DNA of 63,099 nucleotides, the filler included, from Chiloscyllium plagiosum (Eukaryota), in NCBI RefSeq assembly GCF_004010195.1. It is 3 parts of one record of this genome, joined end to end, with 100 filler letters (N's around TTAATTAATTAA, not from the genome) between each part and the next. Parts side by side here need not be neighbours in the genome. Positions count along the whole stretch, not along the records: positions 21,716 to 51,995 come from NC_057717.1; 2 more parts are not named here. One strand, given 5' to 3'. Each line of letters begins with the position of its first letter. Position 1 is the first letter of the stretch. The notes below the pieces were generated by a model. It worked only from the letters and a program-made list of their open reading frames with translations, was not told the origin of the DNA and did no database searches. The translations under genes and the position numbers were made by a program. Positions 38,262 through 51,209 of this stretch are shown here, in pieces.

Positions 38262-39430
38262 AATGAGATGTCAAATGGAGACAGAGCGTCTGAAATGGAA
38301 CACAGACAGGGGAGGGGCAGAGCGTCGACAATGGGATACAGACCCGGGTAGGGCAGAGCGTCTGAAATGGGGTACAGACATGGCGAGGGCAGTGCGTCTG
38401 CAATGGGACACAGCCGGGGAGGGAAGAGCGTCTGCAATGGGATAGAGACAGGGGGCGGGCAGAGAGTCTGCAATGGGTTTCAGATAGGGGAGGGCAGAAC
38501 ATCTGAAATGAGATACAGACAGGGGAGGGCAGAGCGACTGCAATGAAATACAGAGACGGGGAGGGCAGGGCGTCTGCAATGGGATACATACAGGGAGAGG
38601 GCAGAGCGTCTCCAATGGGATGCAGACGGGGAGGGCAGAGCGTCTGCAATGGGATACAGGCAGAGGAAGGCAGAGCATCTGCAATGGCATACAGACAGAG
38701 GAGGGCAAAGCGTCTGCAATGGGATACAGACAGGGGGAGGACAGGGAATCTGCAGTGAGAGACAGACAGGGGAAGGCAGAGGGTCTGCAATGGGGTATAG
38801 ACATTGGAGGGCATAGCGTCTGCAATAGGAGACAGACAGGTGACGGCAGAGCGTCTGCAATCGGAAATAGACGTTGGACGGCATAGCGTCTACATGGGAG
38901 ACAGACAGGGGAGGGCAGAGCGTCTGCAATGGGATACAGACAGGGGAGGTCAGAGCGTCTGCAATGGGAGACAGACAGGGGAGGGCAGAGCATCTGCAAT
39001 GGGAGACAGACAGGGGAGGACAGAGCGTCTGCAATGTGATACAGACATTGGATGGCATAGCGTCTGCAATGAGAGACAGACAGGTGAGGGCAGAGTGTCT
39101 GCAATGGGAAGCAGACAGTGGAAGGTTGGGCGCCTGCAATGGGCGACAGACAGGGGAGGGCAGAGCGTCTGCAATGGGATACAGACAGGGGAGAGTAGAG
39201 CGTCTGCAATGGGATACAGACAGGGGAGAGTCGAGCATCTGCAATGGGACACAGACAGGACGAGAGCAGAGTGTCTGCAATGGGAGACAGACAGGGGAGG
39301 GCAGAGGTTTGCAATGGGATACAGACAGGAGGAGGGAAGAGCATCTGCATTAGGATACAGACGGGGAACGGCAGCGCGTCTGCAATGGGATACAGAGAGG
39401 GAGAGACCAGCGCATTTGCAATGGCATACA
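38262..39430. repeat. 35-bp minisatellite, about 33 units
   Basis: Consensus ggggagggcagagcgtctgcaatgggatacagaca; the period is not a multiple of 3, so the ORFs cycle through the same three peptides. Confidence 0.95.
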
Positions 39431-42400
39431 GTCAGAAGACGGCTGTGAGCAAAACTTCAGCAAAAAAAAAATCAGTGAATGTAGGCGATGGGAACTTTTT
39501 GTTTCGTGGAAAAGACAAAACAGCACAAAATAATTTAAATGCAAGGAGAATGCAGAACTCAGTGGTACAGAGGGGTTTGCATGTCTTCGTACATGAATCA
39601 CATCAAATTACTCTGAAGATGTTGCAAGTGATTTGGAATGGAAATGGAATGATTCTGTTTCGTGCAAGGGGTGTTGGGTATGGTCTAAGCCATGTTTTTT
39701 GCATCAGTGCAGGGAATTGCTGAGATTAAATCATATGTACTATGTGTAGTTATAACTACTTAAACTGAAAAATAATGGTTCAGAAACGTTTCAAAGATAT
39801 TGCCCTTTACTCGTTCTTGGGATGAAGGCATTCCGTTATAAAGAATTAACAGTTCAGCCTTGAGAATGATAGATGTTTTATTGACCATATAAGATCTTGA
39901 GAAGAGTGTATTTGGTGAATATGGATGGATATTTCTTCTTTTGTGGGAGAATAAAACTGGGGAAGTTATTTAAGAATTCGACAGGTTGAAAGGAAAGGTC
40001 ATTGGACCGAAAGTTTGAACTCTGATTTCTCTTCATATATGCTGTCAGACAGGCCGAGCTGTTCCAGCAATTTCTGTATTTTTTTAAGAATAAAACATAC
40101 TCATCTTAGCACAGATATTGTGAAGAAACGAAACGCTCATTTTTACATTATGCAGGCACATACAAACACATCTTCAAAGCAAGTACGGTCATTTAATGTT
40201 AATGAATTGATTCTGTGTACGACAACAGCAATAATACTGGAATCGAGAATGTGATGGAGTCATATAGTTCGGACAATGTTCAAGGAAAGCTCACATGGTC
40301 CAGTTTGGGTCTGATAATGTTACTGATTTAACTTACAGATGGAAAAATGTAGCCTATCTGTGAAGGGACAGTCTATTGCTCCCTTTCTGTTTCCCTGTCG
40401 CTCATCACAGCACTGTGTTGGAGTGAAATTAAAAGCCTAGTCGTCTTTCCCAGTCATGGAGGATTCCTGATGAGGATTCATTAGAATCTCCCCACTGCCT
40501 GAAGCAAAGCAATTCAACCAAATCCAACTGTTTCAGGAAGAAATCCCATTGTCAAAAGGTTGTGCGAGCAGAATAACTTCAGAAGTAACTATTCAGACTC
40601 GATAGTGTGGGGAACAAGCAAGTGATTCTGTGGCTGCAAATAGGAATCCAGGATGGTGTATAGCCTCCTGCGTGCCAGGGTCCAGGATGTGTCGGAGCGG
40701 CTGCAGAACGTTCCCACAGGGTCGGGGAGCAGCCCGAAGTCTTTGTGCACATTAGTAGAAATGACACATGTAGAAATAGTGATGAGGTCCTGCAGAGTGA
40801 TGATATGGAACTGAGAAAAAGGGTAGAAGACTGGACCACGACAGTGGGTAATATCTGGTTTACTTTCAGGGCTCCGTGCTCGTGAGGGTGAGAACAGGAG
40901 GATATGGCAGATGAATGTGTGGCTAACGAATTGGTGCAGGGGGCAGAGATTTTTGGATCAATGGGATCTTTTGGGGGGCAGAGGTGACCTGTTCAGGAAG
41001 GGTGGGTTGTACCTGAACTGGAAGGCGATCAATATCCTGGCCAGCAGGTTTGATAGTGCTGCAAGGGCGGATTTCAACTTGATTGGCTGGGGTTGGGGAG
41101 GGGTGGAATCCTCAACAGCAGGGAGGCAAGTGCGAGGCTGGAAGGAGATACAGTAATCAGAAACAGAAAAGTGAAGAGACAGGTCAGGCTAGATCACGAC
41201 AGGGAGCAAGGTATGCCTGTTGGATTAAATTGCATTTGTTTCAATGCAAGATGGCTGGCAGATAAGACTGATGAACCCAGGGCGTGGATATGCACGTGGG
41301 ACTAGGATATTATAGCCATTACAGAAACATGGCTAAGGGAGGGACAGGATTGGCAGCTTAATGTACCAGGGTAAAGTTGCTTTATGCGGGACAGAGATGG
41401 TGGAAGGAGGGGAGGGGGAGTTTCATTTTTGATCAACGCGAGTATCACAGCAGTGATCAGAGATAAAATAACTGAAGGAACATCCAGTGAGGATTTGTGA
41501 GGGAGCGTAGAAATAAGAAGGGAATGGTGATATTATTTGTGTTGTTCCAAAGGCCCCCAAATAGTAAACGAGGAATTAGCGGAACAAAAATATGTAGAGC
41601 GATTGGGGAGACTTGCAGGGCCAATGGGATTGCATTAGTAGGAGATTTTAATTTTCGTAACATAGACTGGGAATGACATAGAATTAAAGACTGAGACGGG
41701 GTGCATCTACGAAGTGTATTCAGAAACGTTTCCTCAAGCAGTACGTAGAGGGTGCAACTGGGGAAGGGTCAAAATTTGACCTACTCTCAGAACTAGGGCA
41801 GGACAGTTGATTGTGGTGACAATGGGGGAGCACTCTGGGACCAGTGACCATAGTTATATTAATTTTAACATAGTTATGAAAACGTACAAAACAGGCCCAC
41901 ATGTTCAAGTTCTAAATTGGGAAAAGGCGAATTTTGATGGAATTAGGCAGGAGCTTGTAGGGGTTGGTTGGAGGAGTTTGTTTAAAGGCAAAGGGATCCC
42001 CTCAAGTGGGAGGCCTTTAAAAGTGAAACGTCTAGAGTTCAAGGTCTATATGTTCCTGTGAGGGTAAAGGGCAAGGTTGGCGGAAGAGGGAAGCATGGAT
42101 GTCACGAGATATTGAGGCTTTGACCAGCAAAAAGGAGGCGTGGCTCAGGTCCAGGCAGCAGGGATCGAGGGAATCCCTGGAGGTATACAGGGGATGCAGT
42201 AATTTACTGAAGAAGGAAATCAGGAGGGCAAAAAGGGGGCACAAGATAGCTTTGGCTGAGAAGACTATGGTGAATCCAAAAAGGTTCTTTATGTATATTA
42301 AAGTAAAAGGAATAACTAAATGAGAATATGACCCCACAATGTCCAAAGTGGACATGCATGTCGAGAACCATAGGTGATGTGAGAGATTCTCAATGAATAT

Positions 42401-42824
42401 TTCTCTTCTGCCTTAACCGTGAAGAAATACATGAAGATTTGGGAGGTGGACAATGGTCGTAGTGTTATCTTGGGATGAGTCAATATCACAGGAGAAGACG
42501 TGTTGGATGCATTAGAATGTATGAAGGTGATAAATCTCTTGGTCCTAAACAGATGCATCTAAGAAAACTGCAAGAGGCTACAGAAGAAACTACGGGGACC
42601 CTGGTTTATATTTTTTTATCATCGTTAGCTACAGTTTAGGTTCCAGAATATTGCAGATTAGCAAATGTTGTGCCATTATTCAAGAAGGGAAAAAATGAAA
42701 AATCTGCTTTCTATAGACTAGGAAACCCTACATCTGTGGTAGGTCGGTTACTTGAGAAGTCTCTGAGGGATGAGATATGCATGCATTTGGAAAGATAAGG
42801 TTTGCTTAGAAATAGTTTTTTTGA

Positions 42825-43107
42825 CAGATTCCCTACAGCATGGAAACAGGCCATTTGGCCCAACAAGACCGCATCTATATTTACCACTGACGAATGCATA
42901 ATACACGATGGGGAGCTGAGCATGGCCAATTCACCTGACCTATACATCTTTGGATTATGGAAGTAAAATGGAGCACCCAGAGGAAACCCACACAAACATA
43001 GTAAGAATGTGCAAACACCACATAGAGAGTCATCCGAAGCTGGAACCAAACCCGGATTCGTGGCACTATGGGGCAGCAGTACTAGCCACTGAACCACCAT
43101 GCCACCC
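42825..43107 (-). mobile_element. HE1-type V-SINE nested in the CR1
   Basis: agattccctacagcatggaaacaggcc tail, agcatggccaattcacctgacct core, ccactgaaccaccatgccaccc head. Confidence 0.85.
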
Positions 43108-43468
43108 TTGTTATTTTTCAATACAGTTCAATGACACAGGGACAAAATCTATTCTGCCTTTCATCCATGATGCACTTTCCAGTATCACATACCATGGATA
43201 ATTTATTCTCCACTGAAAGTGTCATCTTATTATTATTTATTAGTTTGTTATTATTAATTTTAATAATTATTATTAATAGTTGTTTTTAGACTGGAAAGAT
43301 TGCTTGGCTTTTAGGAGTGGGAGATCATGCCTCTCAAATTTGTTTGAGTTCATTGATTAAATGACCAGGAATGTTGATGAGGGTTCGGCGGTAGACGTAG
43401 TCTGTATAGTTTTCAGTAAGGCCTTTCAAAAGGTTACCATTGATAGGCTGGTCTTGAAGGTTATAATC

Positions 43469-45075
43469 TTCGAGGAGAAACTGAGGACTGCAGATGCTGG
43501 AGATCAGAGCTGAAAATTTGTTGCTGGAAAAGCGCAGCAAGCCAGGCAGTATCCAAGGAACAGGTGAATCGACGTTTCGGGCATGAGCCCTTCTTCAGGA
43601 ATGAGGAAAGTGTGTCCAGCAGGCTAAGATAAAAGGTAGGCAGGAGGGACTTGGGGGAGGGGCGTTGGAAATGCGATAGGTGGAGGGAGGTCAAGGTGAG
43701 GGTGATAGGCCGGTGTGGGGTGGGGGCGGAGAGGTCAGGAAGAAGATTGCAGGTAAAGAAGGCGGTGCTGAGTTCTAGGGATTTGACTGAAACAAGGTGG
43801 GGGGAGAGGAAATGTGGAAACTGGAGAAATCTGAGTTCATCCCTTGTGGTTGGAGGGTTCCGAGACGGAAGCTGAGGCGCTCTTCCTCCAACCATCGTGT
43901 TGCCATGGTCTGGCGATGGAGGAGTCCAAGGACCTGTATGTCCTTGGTGGAGTGGGAGAGGGAGTTGAAGTGTTGAGCCACGGGGTGGTTGGATTGATTG
44001 GTCCGGGTGTCCCAGAGGTTTTCTCTGAAACATTCCGCAAGTAGGCGGCCTGTCTCCCCAATATAGAGGAGGCCACATCGGGTGCAGCGGATGCAATAGA
44101 TGATGTGTGTGGAGGTGCAGGTGAATTTGTGGCGGACATGGAAGTGTCCTTTGGTGCCTTGGAGGGAAGTAAGGGGGGAGGTGTGGGCGCAAGTTTTGCA
44201 TTTCTTGCGGTTGCAGGAGAAGGTGCCGGGAGTGGAGGTTGGGTTGGTGGGCGGGGTGTGGACCTGACAAGGGGGTCCCGGAGGGAGTGGTCTTTACGGA
44301 ACGCTGATAGGGGAGGGGAGGGAAATATATCCCTGGTGGTGGGGTCCGTTTGGAGGTGGCGGAAATGACGGCGGATGATACGCTGTACATAGAGGTTGGT
44401 GGGGTAGTAGGTGAGGACCAGTGTGGTTCTGTCGTGGTGGCGATTGAATGGGCAGGGCTTAAGGGCAGAGGAGCGGGAAGTGGAAGAGCTGCAGTGGAGG
44501 GCATCGTCGACCACGTCTGCGGGGAAATTGCGGTCCTTGAAGAAGGAGGCCATCTGGTTTGTACGGTTTTGGAACTGGTCCTTCTGGGAGCAGATGCGGC
44601 CGAGACGAAGAAATTGGGAATATGGGATGGCATTTTAACAGGGGGCAGGGTGGGAGGAGTGTAGTCTAGGTAGCTGTGGGAGTCGGTCGGTTTATAGTAA
44701 ATGTCCGTGTTGATTCGGTCGCCCGAGATAGAAATGGAAAGGTCTAGGAAGGGGAGGGAGGAGTCTGAGACGGTCCAGGTGAATTTGAGTTCGGGGTGGA
44801 AGGCGTTGGTAAAGTGGATGAACTGTTCAACCTCCTCGTGGGAGCACGAGGCGGCGCCAATACAGTCATCGACGTCGCAGAGGAAAAGGTGGGGTGTGGT
44901 GCCAGTGTAGCTGCGGAAGATGGACTGTTCCACATATCCTACGAAGAGGCAGGCATTGCTGGGGCCCTTGCGGGTGTCCATGGCTACTCCTTTGGTTTGG
45001 AGGAAGTGGGAGGATTGGAAAGAGAAGTTGTTCAGGGTGAGGACCAGTTCAGTCAGTCGAAGGAGGGTGTCAGTG
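43469..45075 (-). mobile_element. 5'-truncated Penelope-like element (RT plus GIY-YIG), frameshifted
   Basis: LVLTLNNFSF..KGVAMDTRKGPSNACLFVGYVE..LCDVDD..LPFLDLSI..YYKPTDSHSYLDY, then IRCTRCGLLYIGETGR in another frame. 13-bp TSD with one mismatch: gaaggttataatc (43456-43468) and gaaggttagaatc (45076-45088). Confidence 0.93.
43567..43602 (-). ncRNA. Minimal type-I hammerhead ribozyme motif (Penelope 3' UTR)
   Basis: Reverse complement attc-CTGAAGA-agggc-tcat-gccc-GAAACGTC-gatt. Confidence 0.75.
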
Positions 45076-46539
45076 GAAGGTTAGAATCGCATGGAATCCA
45101 GAGGGAGCTGGCAAATTGGACACACAATTGGGGTCATGGTAGTAAGCAATGGGTACTAGTGGAAGGATGCTCTCGGACTGGAGGCCTGTGACACATGAAG
45201 TGCCTCAGGGGTCAGTGCTGGGCACATTGCTGTTTGTTATCTGTGACAATGATATTCTTGCGAATGTACAAGGCATGATTAGGAATCTTGAAGATGACAC
45301 TAAAATAGGTGGTATCGTGGACAGTGAGGAAGTATATCAGACATTGCAGGAGGGCCTTGTGATCAAACTGGAGAAGTGGGCCAAGGAATATATTGGCAAC
45401 GTTAGATCAAGGTAGGAGTTTCATGGTGATTGGTAGGACCTTAAGGAGTGTAGTTCAGCAGAGGGACCATGGAGTTTAGGTCCACCGTTCACTGAAAGTG
45501 GGGTCATGTTTAGACATGGTAGTGAAGAAGGCTTTTGCCACACCAGCAAGCATCGTTCAGGACATGGAGGCGAGCAGTTGGGAAGTTATATTGAAGTTAT
45601 TCAAGAAGTTGGTGAGGCTGCACTTGTAGTGCTGTGTTCAGTTTTAGTCACATTGCGATCGGAAGGATGCTTTTAATTTGGAATGTGTGCAGACGGAATT
45701 TACAAAAATGTTGCTAGAACTCAACAGTGTGAATCATAGGGAGAGGTTGGACAAGCGAGGACCTTTTTCTTTAGAGAATAGGAGACTGAGAGGGATCTTA
45801 TATAAGTTTACATGGATAGGGTGAATGGATCCAGCCTTTTTTTCCTAGAGTTGGGGAATCGAGGAGGAGAGGGCATCAGTTTAAGGTGAGAGGGGAAAGA
45901 ATAAAAGGGAAACTGGTGGAAACTGTTTGACACAGAGAATGATACATAAAAGGAATGAGCTGCCAACGGAAGTGGTTGACGATATTTAAACGGCATTTGG
46001 GCAAGTACATGGACGAGAATGCTATTGGCCATGTGCTGGGAAATTAGGTTAGTGTGATTGGATATTTGGGTCAGTATGGACGAGTTTAGGCCAAAGGGCC
46101 TCTCTGCCTCTCTCCATGCTGTAAGACTTGATGACTGCAAATAGAACAGCATTTGGGTCAAACTCTAATTTTTCCTTTGGTCATGAGTTCGAATCATAAT
46201 TGGACAATATTCTTTCAAGTTAACTTTGCAGATATTTTGCTTTTCAGTTTGTTATCGACAATGTGCGTGTGTGTGTGTGTGTGCATGTGCGCGCATTTCT
46301 CAGTATTTTTCAAAGAGAAGTATCAATGTGCATATTTTCAATATCTTCTCGTCATTCTTCTTTCCATCATAGTTTGAGCAACTTTGTTTCGATCATAAAA
46401 AAGTGTTGGTTTAGTAGATTAAAGAAATCTGCCTGACCTGTTCCTAACACTGACCCTGACACAGTCTGAGAACTATACCATTGACCATATCACCAACCTA
46501 GTTATAAATATTTTTTTTTGGCCAGTGGAAGATTGGGCA

Positions 46540-47900
46540 TAGAAAAGGGAGCAATAAGCCAAAAAAAAAAACACAGGGAATTATCGACTCAATCAGCCAA
46601 CGTTAGTGTCGAGGAGTTCGTTGTAGGGGATTCTGAGGGATAGGATTTACATCTATTTAGAAAGACAGGGACTGATTAGGGAGAGTCAATGTGGATTTGT
46701 GTGATGGAAATCATGTCTAATTAATGTGATTGAGTATTATGAAGATGTGACAAAGAAGATTGAAGAAGACACTTTGGTGTACATTGTTTACACAGACATC
46801 AGCAAGACATTTAATACGGTACCTCATTGTAGACAGAACACTAAAATTAGGTTATGTGTAATCTAGGAAAAGCTAACAAATTGGATACAAAATTGGATTG
46901 AAGGTAATGGATTGTTTTCCAGACTGAAGACCTGTGGCCAGCGGTGTGCTGAAAGAATCAGTGCTGAGCTCACTGCTTTTCATCATGGATACAAACAACT
47001 TTGATGTAATTATTGAGGCATCGTTAGTACGTTTACAGATAACATCACCAAATTGGTGCAGTGGACAGTGAAGAAGATTATCTCAGAATATAACGGGATT
47101 CTTGACCATCAATGAGCCAAGATCTGGCAGATGGAGTTTAATTATATATTTGTGAGGTTTTGCATTTTGGTAAGTTAAAGCGAGGTAGTGCCCTGGGGAA
47201 TGTTGTTGAACAAAGAGACCTACGGTCGAAGATTCATAGTTCCTTGAAAGTGGAGTTTAGGTCGGTAGAGTCCTGAGGAACGTGGTTGGCATGCTTGCCT
47301 TAATCGGTCAGAACATTGAGTACAGGACTTGGGATAGCGTGTTGCACTTGTACAGGACGTAGGTGAGGCCACTTTAAGAATGCCACGTACATGTCAGTTG
47401 AGTCTGCTAAAGGATGGATGTTGTTAAGCTTGAAAGCCTTCAGAAAAGGTTAACAAGATTTTCTGGAACCTGAGGGTTTGAGCTACAGAGAGATGATAAA
47501 CAGGATGAGCTTTCCCCCATGGCCTGTCAGAGGCTGAATGGTGACATGACAGAGGTTTAAAAAAGTCCTGAGGGGCATGGATAGTCTGAATGGGCAAGAT
47601 CTTTTTCCCAGTGTAGGGGCGTTCAGGACTGGACGGCATAGGGTGAAGGTGACAGGTCAAAGACTTAGAAGGGATCTGAGGGGAAACTTTTTCATACAGA
47701 GGCTGGTGGGTGTACTGTCGGGGGAAGTGTTGAAAGTGGGTACAATTACACGTTTAAAATGTATCTGGTACTTCTGGTATCTGTAAAAGGTACATAAATA
47801 GCAATGGTTCAGATGGATGTGGCAAGTGGGACGAGATCTGATTAAGATGCTTGATTGGCATGGACAATTTGGACAAAGGATCTGTTTCCACTCTGATGAC
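46540..47900 (+). mobile_element. Degenerate CR1/HER1 LINE, RT to 3' end
   Basis: GNYRLNQPTLV, RESQCGFV, RHRVKVTGQRLRRDLRGNFFIQRLV motifs and a CR1 3' UTR. Confidence 0.85.
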
Positions 47901-48809
47901 TCTCTTATTCTCACAGCGATATGAGGAAAAATTCTAAAAGGGCCATTCGAATGGGAATTCTCTTCGCCAGAAGTTAGATGCTTGATTGGCATGGACAATT
48001 TGGACAAAGGATCTGTTTCCACTCTTATTCTCACAGTGATATGAGGAAAAATTCTAAACTGGCCATTCGAATGGGAATTCTCTTCGCCAGAAGTTTGTGG
48101 TGCTTCTCTGATTACAAGTATTCATAGCTGAGTTAGTTAAAGATCTGACAGAGAACTGAGTCACGGATAATGGGACACAGACAGGAAGATGAGACTGAGA
48201 CCACAACCTGATCAGCCACAATCTTAATGCCTGGTGGAGAAGGCTCAAATTCTCTAATGACCCACTCCTGCTCTTCAGTCCCATGTTTCTGTATTCCATT
48301 CAACCCCTCTAGCCTGCGAGACAGGAGCAGTTGGAGTCCACTTACTGTTATAGCATGGTGCACAGAAACAGAGGAGACCATTTCGTCCTTCACGACTGTC
48401 CCACACGGTTTGGGAGATGTGGAAAATGTAATTGGAAGACCCAGGCTGGATATGAAAGAGGTCGCTCATCTCTTTTCAGAGAGCATCCTCTCTGTGTAAC
48501 TTGTGCTTCATTCGTTGATGATGTTTGAGACCCAGATTCACTGTGACTATCAAATCTCACCCAGGAATTGGCTCATAAAATCCGCTGGTCTCCCTGATTA
48601 CAACATTCCATGAAAGACCTCCCATGAAAATAACAACTACCAACTTTCCAATAACAGAATGGGAGAGCATCAGAAACAGGGGCAGGTCATTCCCATCCCA
48701 AGCCTGCCTTTCCTTCACTAAGATCAAGGCTGACCTGCTCCAAGTCTCAAATCTTCCTCAATGTCCAAGTTTTCTTGAGCACTTCCAAAGAACACAGAAC
48801 AAAGAAGAG

Positions 48810-49290
48810 GACTGATTTGGAGGTGCTGGTGTTGGCCTGGGGTGTACAAAGTTAAAAAGCACACAAAACCAGGTTATAGTCCAACAGTTTTAATTGGAAG
48901 CACACTAGATTTCGGAGCGTCGCTCCTTCATCAGGTGATAGTGGAGTGCTTACGCCTAACACAGAATTTATAGCAGAACGTTACAGTGTGATTTAACTGA
49001 AATTATACAATGAAAAATGGGTTGTCTGTTAAGCCTTTCATCTGTTAGAATACCATGATAGTTTCACTTCTTTCATATGTAAATCACAAAACCTTTTTTG
49101 TTAAAAGTTGCATTCTCAGGTTAGCTGTTAATAATGGTGATAGCTACACAATATGTTGAAAGTTTGTGCCCCCCTGTGTTGTCTGTCTATTGCCATGATG
49201 TTATATTTAGGTTTATAACCTAAAAAGTGAGATAACGGAGTTTTAAATGAATTCATGCTGTTTTTGAGCTCAGAGTTCTACATGAATGTA
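48810..49290 (-). mobile_element. Penelope-like terminal repeat fragment (third family) with hammerhead motif at 48903-48937
   Basis: Reverse complement cac-CTGATGA-aggagc-gac-gctcc-GAAA-tcta-gtg followed by ttggactataacctggt; no coding remnant recognised. Confidence 0.65.
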
Positions 49291-49294
49291 TGCA

Positions 49295-50480
49295 GTTAGG
49301 AACTTCAGCCCTCGACGTTGTGCCGTTTGTCCTACTCTAAGATCAGACTATCCTACATGCTTCCGTTCACTTTGTTCCATGTGCCTATCCAAGAGTCTCT
49401 TAAATTGCCTTCAAGTATTTGACACTACTACCACCGCTGGCAGTGCATTCGACACACCCAACACTCTCTGTGTAAAGAATCTACGCTGATATCTCCCCTA
49501 AACCTTCCTCCAATTACCTTAAAATTATGCCACCTAGTGATAGACATTTCTGCCCTCGGAAAATGTTTCTGGCCATTCACTCTCTGTTTTTCCAAATATG
49601 GGGACGGCAAACACGACGGGACACAACTTTAAAGTGAGGGGAGATAGGTATAAGACGGATGTTATAGGTAGTTTCTTTCCTCAGAGATTAGTAACGGTAT
49701 GGAATGCTTTTCCTGCATCTGTAGTAGATTCGCCATGTTTATGTGCATTTAAGTTGTCATTGGACAGGCAAATGGACGTACATGGAATAGTGTAGGTGGG
49801 ATGGGCTTCAGCTGAGTATGACAGGGCGGCACAACATCGAAGGCCGAAGGGCCTGTACCGCGCTATAATGTTCTATGTTCTCTGCCTCTCATCATCTAGT
49901 ACACCTCTATCAAGTCACCTCTCATCTATTTTTCCTCCAGTGAGAAAAGCCCTCGATCCCTCACGGTTTCTTCATAAGACTTGCCCTCCTGTCGAGGCAG
50001 CATCCTGGTAAATCTCCTCTTTACCCTCTCTAAAGCTTTCTTATCCTTCCTATAATGAGTAGACCAGAACTGAACACAATATTCCCTGTGCGGTCTGAAC
50101 AGGTCTCTATCGAGCTGCAGCATTACCTCGTGTCTCTTAAACTCAATCCCCCTGCAACTGATAGCCAACACACCATGCGCCACTTAACATCCCAAACAAC
50201 TTGGATAGCAACTTTGAGGAATCTGTGGACACGGACCCCAAGAACCCTCTGTTCCTCCACACTGCCAAGAATTCTGCCTTTAGCCATGTATTTTACATTC
50301 ACGTTCGAGCTTACAAGATGAATCACTTCAGTTTGAACTCCACCTGCACTTCTCAGCCCAGCTCTGCTTCCTGTCAATGTCCCATTGCAACCTACAATAG
50401 CCCTTCACATTCTGTACCACTCCAACCACCTTTGTGTCATCGGCTGATTTACTAGCCCACTCTTCAACACCCACATCCAG
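49295..50480 (-). mobile_element. CR1 LINE 3' half containing a nested opposite-strand CR1 3' fragment (49587-49878)
   Basis: ADDTKVVG, RPHREYCVQFWS, LERVKRRFTRMLP on the minus strand; the nested piece ends in (gttctat)n with a probable TSD tctctg at 49581-49586 and 49879-49884. Confidence 0.85.
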
Positions 50481-50905
50481 GTGCGGGACATCACTGGTCC
50501 CTTTCAGTGATCGAACACTCCTAAATCTCTGTGTAATAGAATTCCTGACATATGCTTCTACACCATGACCTAATGATACGAACAAATGAGGTAACACAGG
50601 GGCTCAGGTAAGAGACTGGTCCTGAACTCAAGGTAGTATTTGACTGAGGATGACGTCAAGGAACCTGAACAAAATCACACTTACTGAGAATTAATTAATT
50701 GTGACCTCTCCAGTGTTTGGTAAGATTCACGGCACAAGGGAAGATGATTATCATTGGTGGGCATCAGTCATCTCAGCCGTTGGACACATCTGCACGAGAT
50801 CTTCAGCGTAGCTTCCACAGCCCAGGCACCTCCAGTTTGTCATCATATTATCCCGACCGTGTGGGGAAGGAGGCTATTCAGCCCATTGAGTCTAAACTGA
50901 GCAGA

Positions 50906-51209
50906 TTGGATTCCCTACAGTGTGTAAACAGGACCTTCGGCCAACCATCCCATACCGACCCTCCAAAGAGTAACCCACCCAGACACATTTCCCTCTGACT
51001 AATGCACCTAACATAATGGACAATTTAGCATGGCCAATTCACCTGACCTGCACATCTTCGGACTGTGGGAGAAAACCGGAGCATCGGAGGAAACTCATGC
51101 AGACAAGTTGGGAATGTGCAAACTCCACACAGACAGTTGCCCAAGGCTGGAATCGAACCTGGCACCCTGGTGATGTGAGGCAGCATAGTTAGTTACTGAG
51201 CTACCATGC
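50906..51209 (-). mobile_element. HE1-type V-SINE
   Basis: Well-preserved body; 6-bp TSD agcaga at 50900-50905 and 51210-51215; empty site (gatcagaagtggg) in paralogues near 5550 and 58355. Confidence 0.9.

Larger units (their letters stand above)
40590..46140 (+). mobile_element. Long degenerate CR1/HER1 LINE (end of esterase ORF1, APE endonuclease, RT, 3' UTR) interrupted by an HE1 SINE and a Penelope element
   Basis: PEVFVHISRND, GGLYLNWKAINILASRF, LNCICFNAR, AITETWL, GTSDHSYINF, ANVVPLFKKG, VPQGSVLGTLLF, DDTKIGG motifs in the expected order. Confidence 0.9.

Noticed and set aside
38262..39430. CRISPR-like array (35-bp repeats)
   Set aside because: Head-to-tail repeats with no unique spacers, eukaryotic context and no cas genes.
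38212..39448. Long Cys/Pro-rich and Gly/Arg-rich ORFs up to 359 aa
   Set aside because: Translations of the 35-bp minisatellite; all frames give the same rotating peptides.
43461..44981. 506-aa ORF as an intact Penelope protein
   Set aside because: Only the first ~110 aa are in the RT frame; the rest is out-of-frame read-through, YIDD is mutated to DVDD and the element is 5'-truncated.
51140..51209. tRNA genes (also near 14000, 19400 and 43050)
   Set aside because: tRNA-derived heads of HE1-type SINEs, continuous with SINE body and LINE-like tail.
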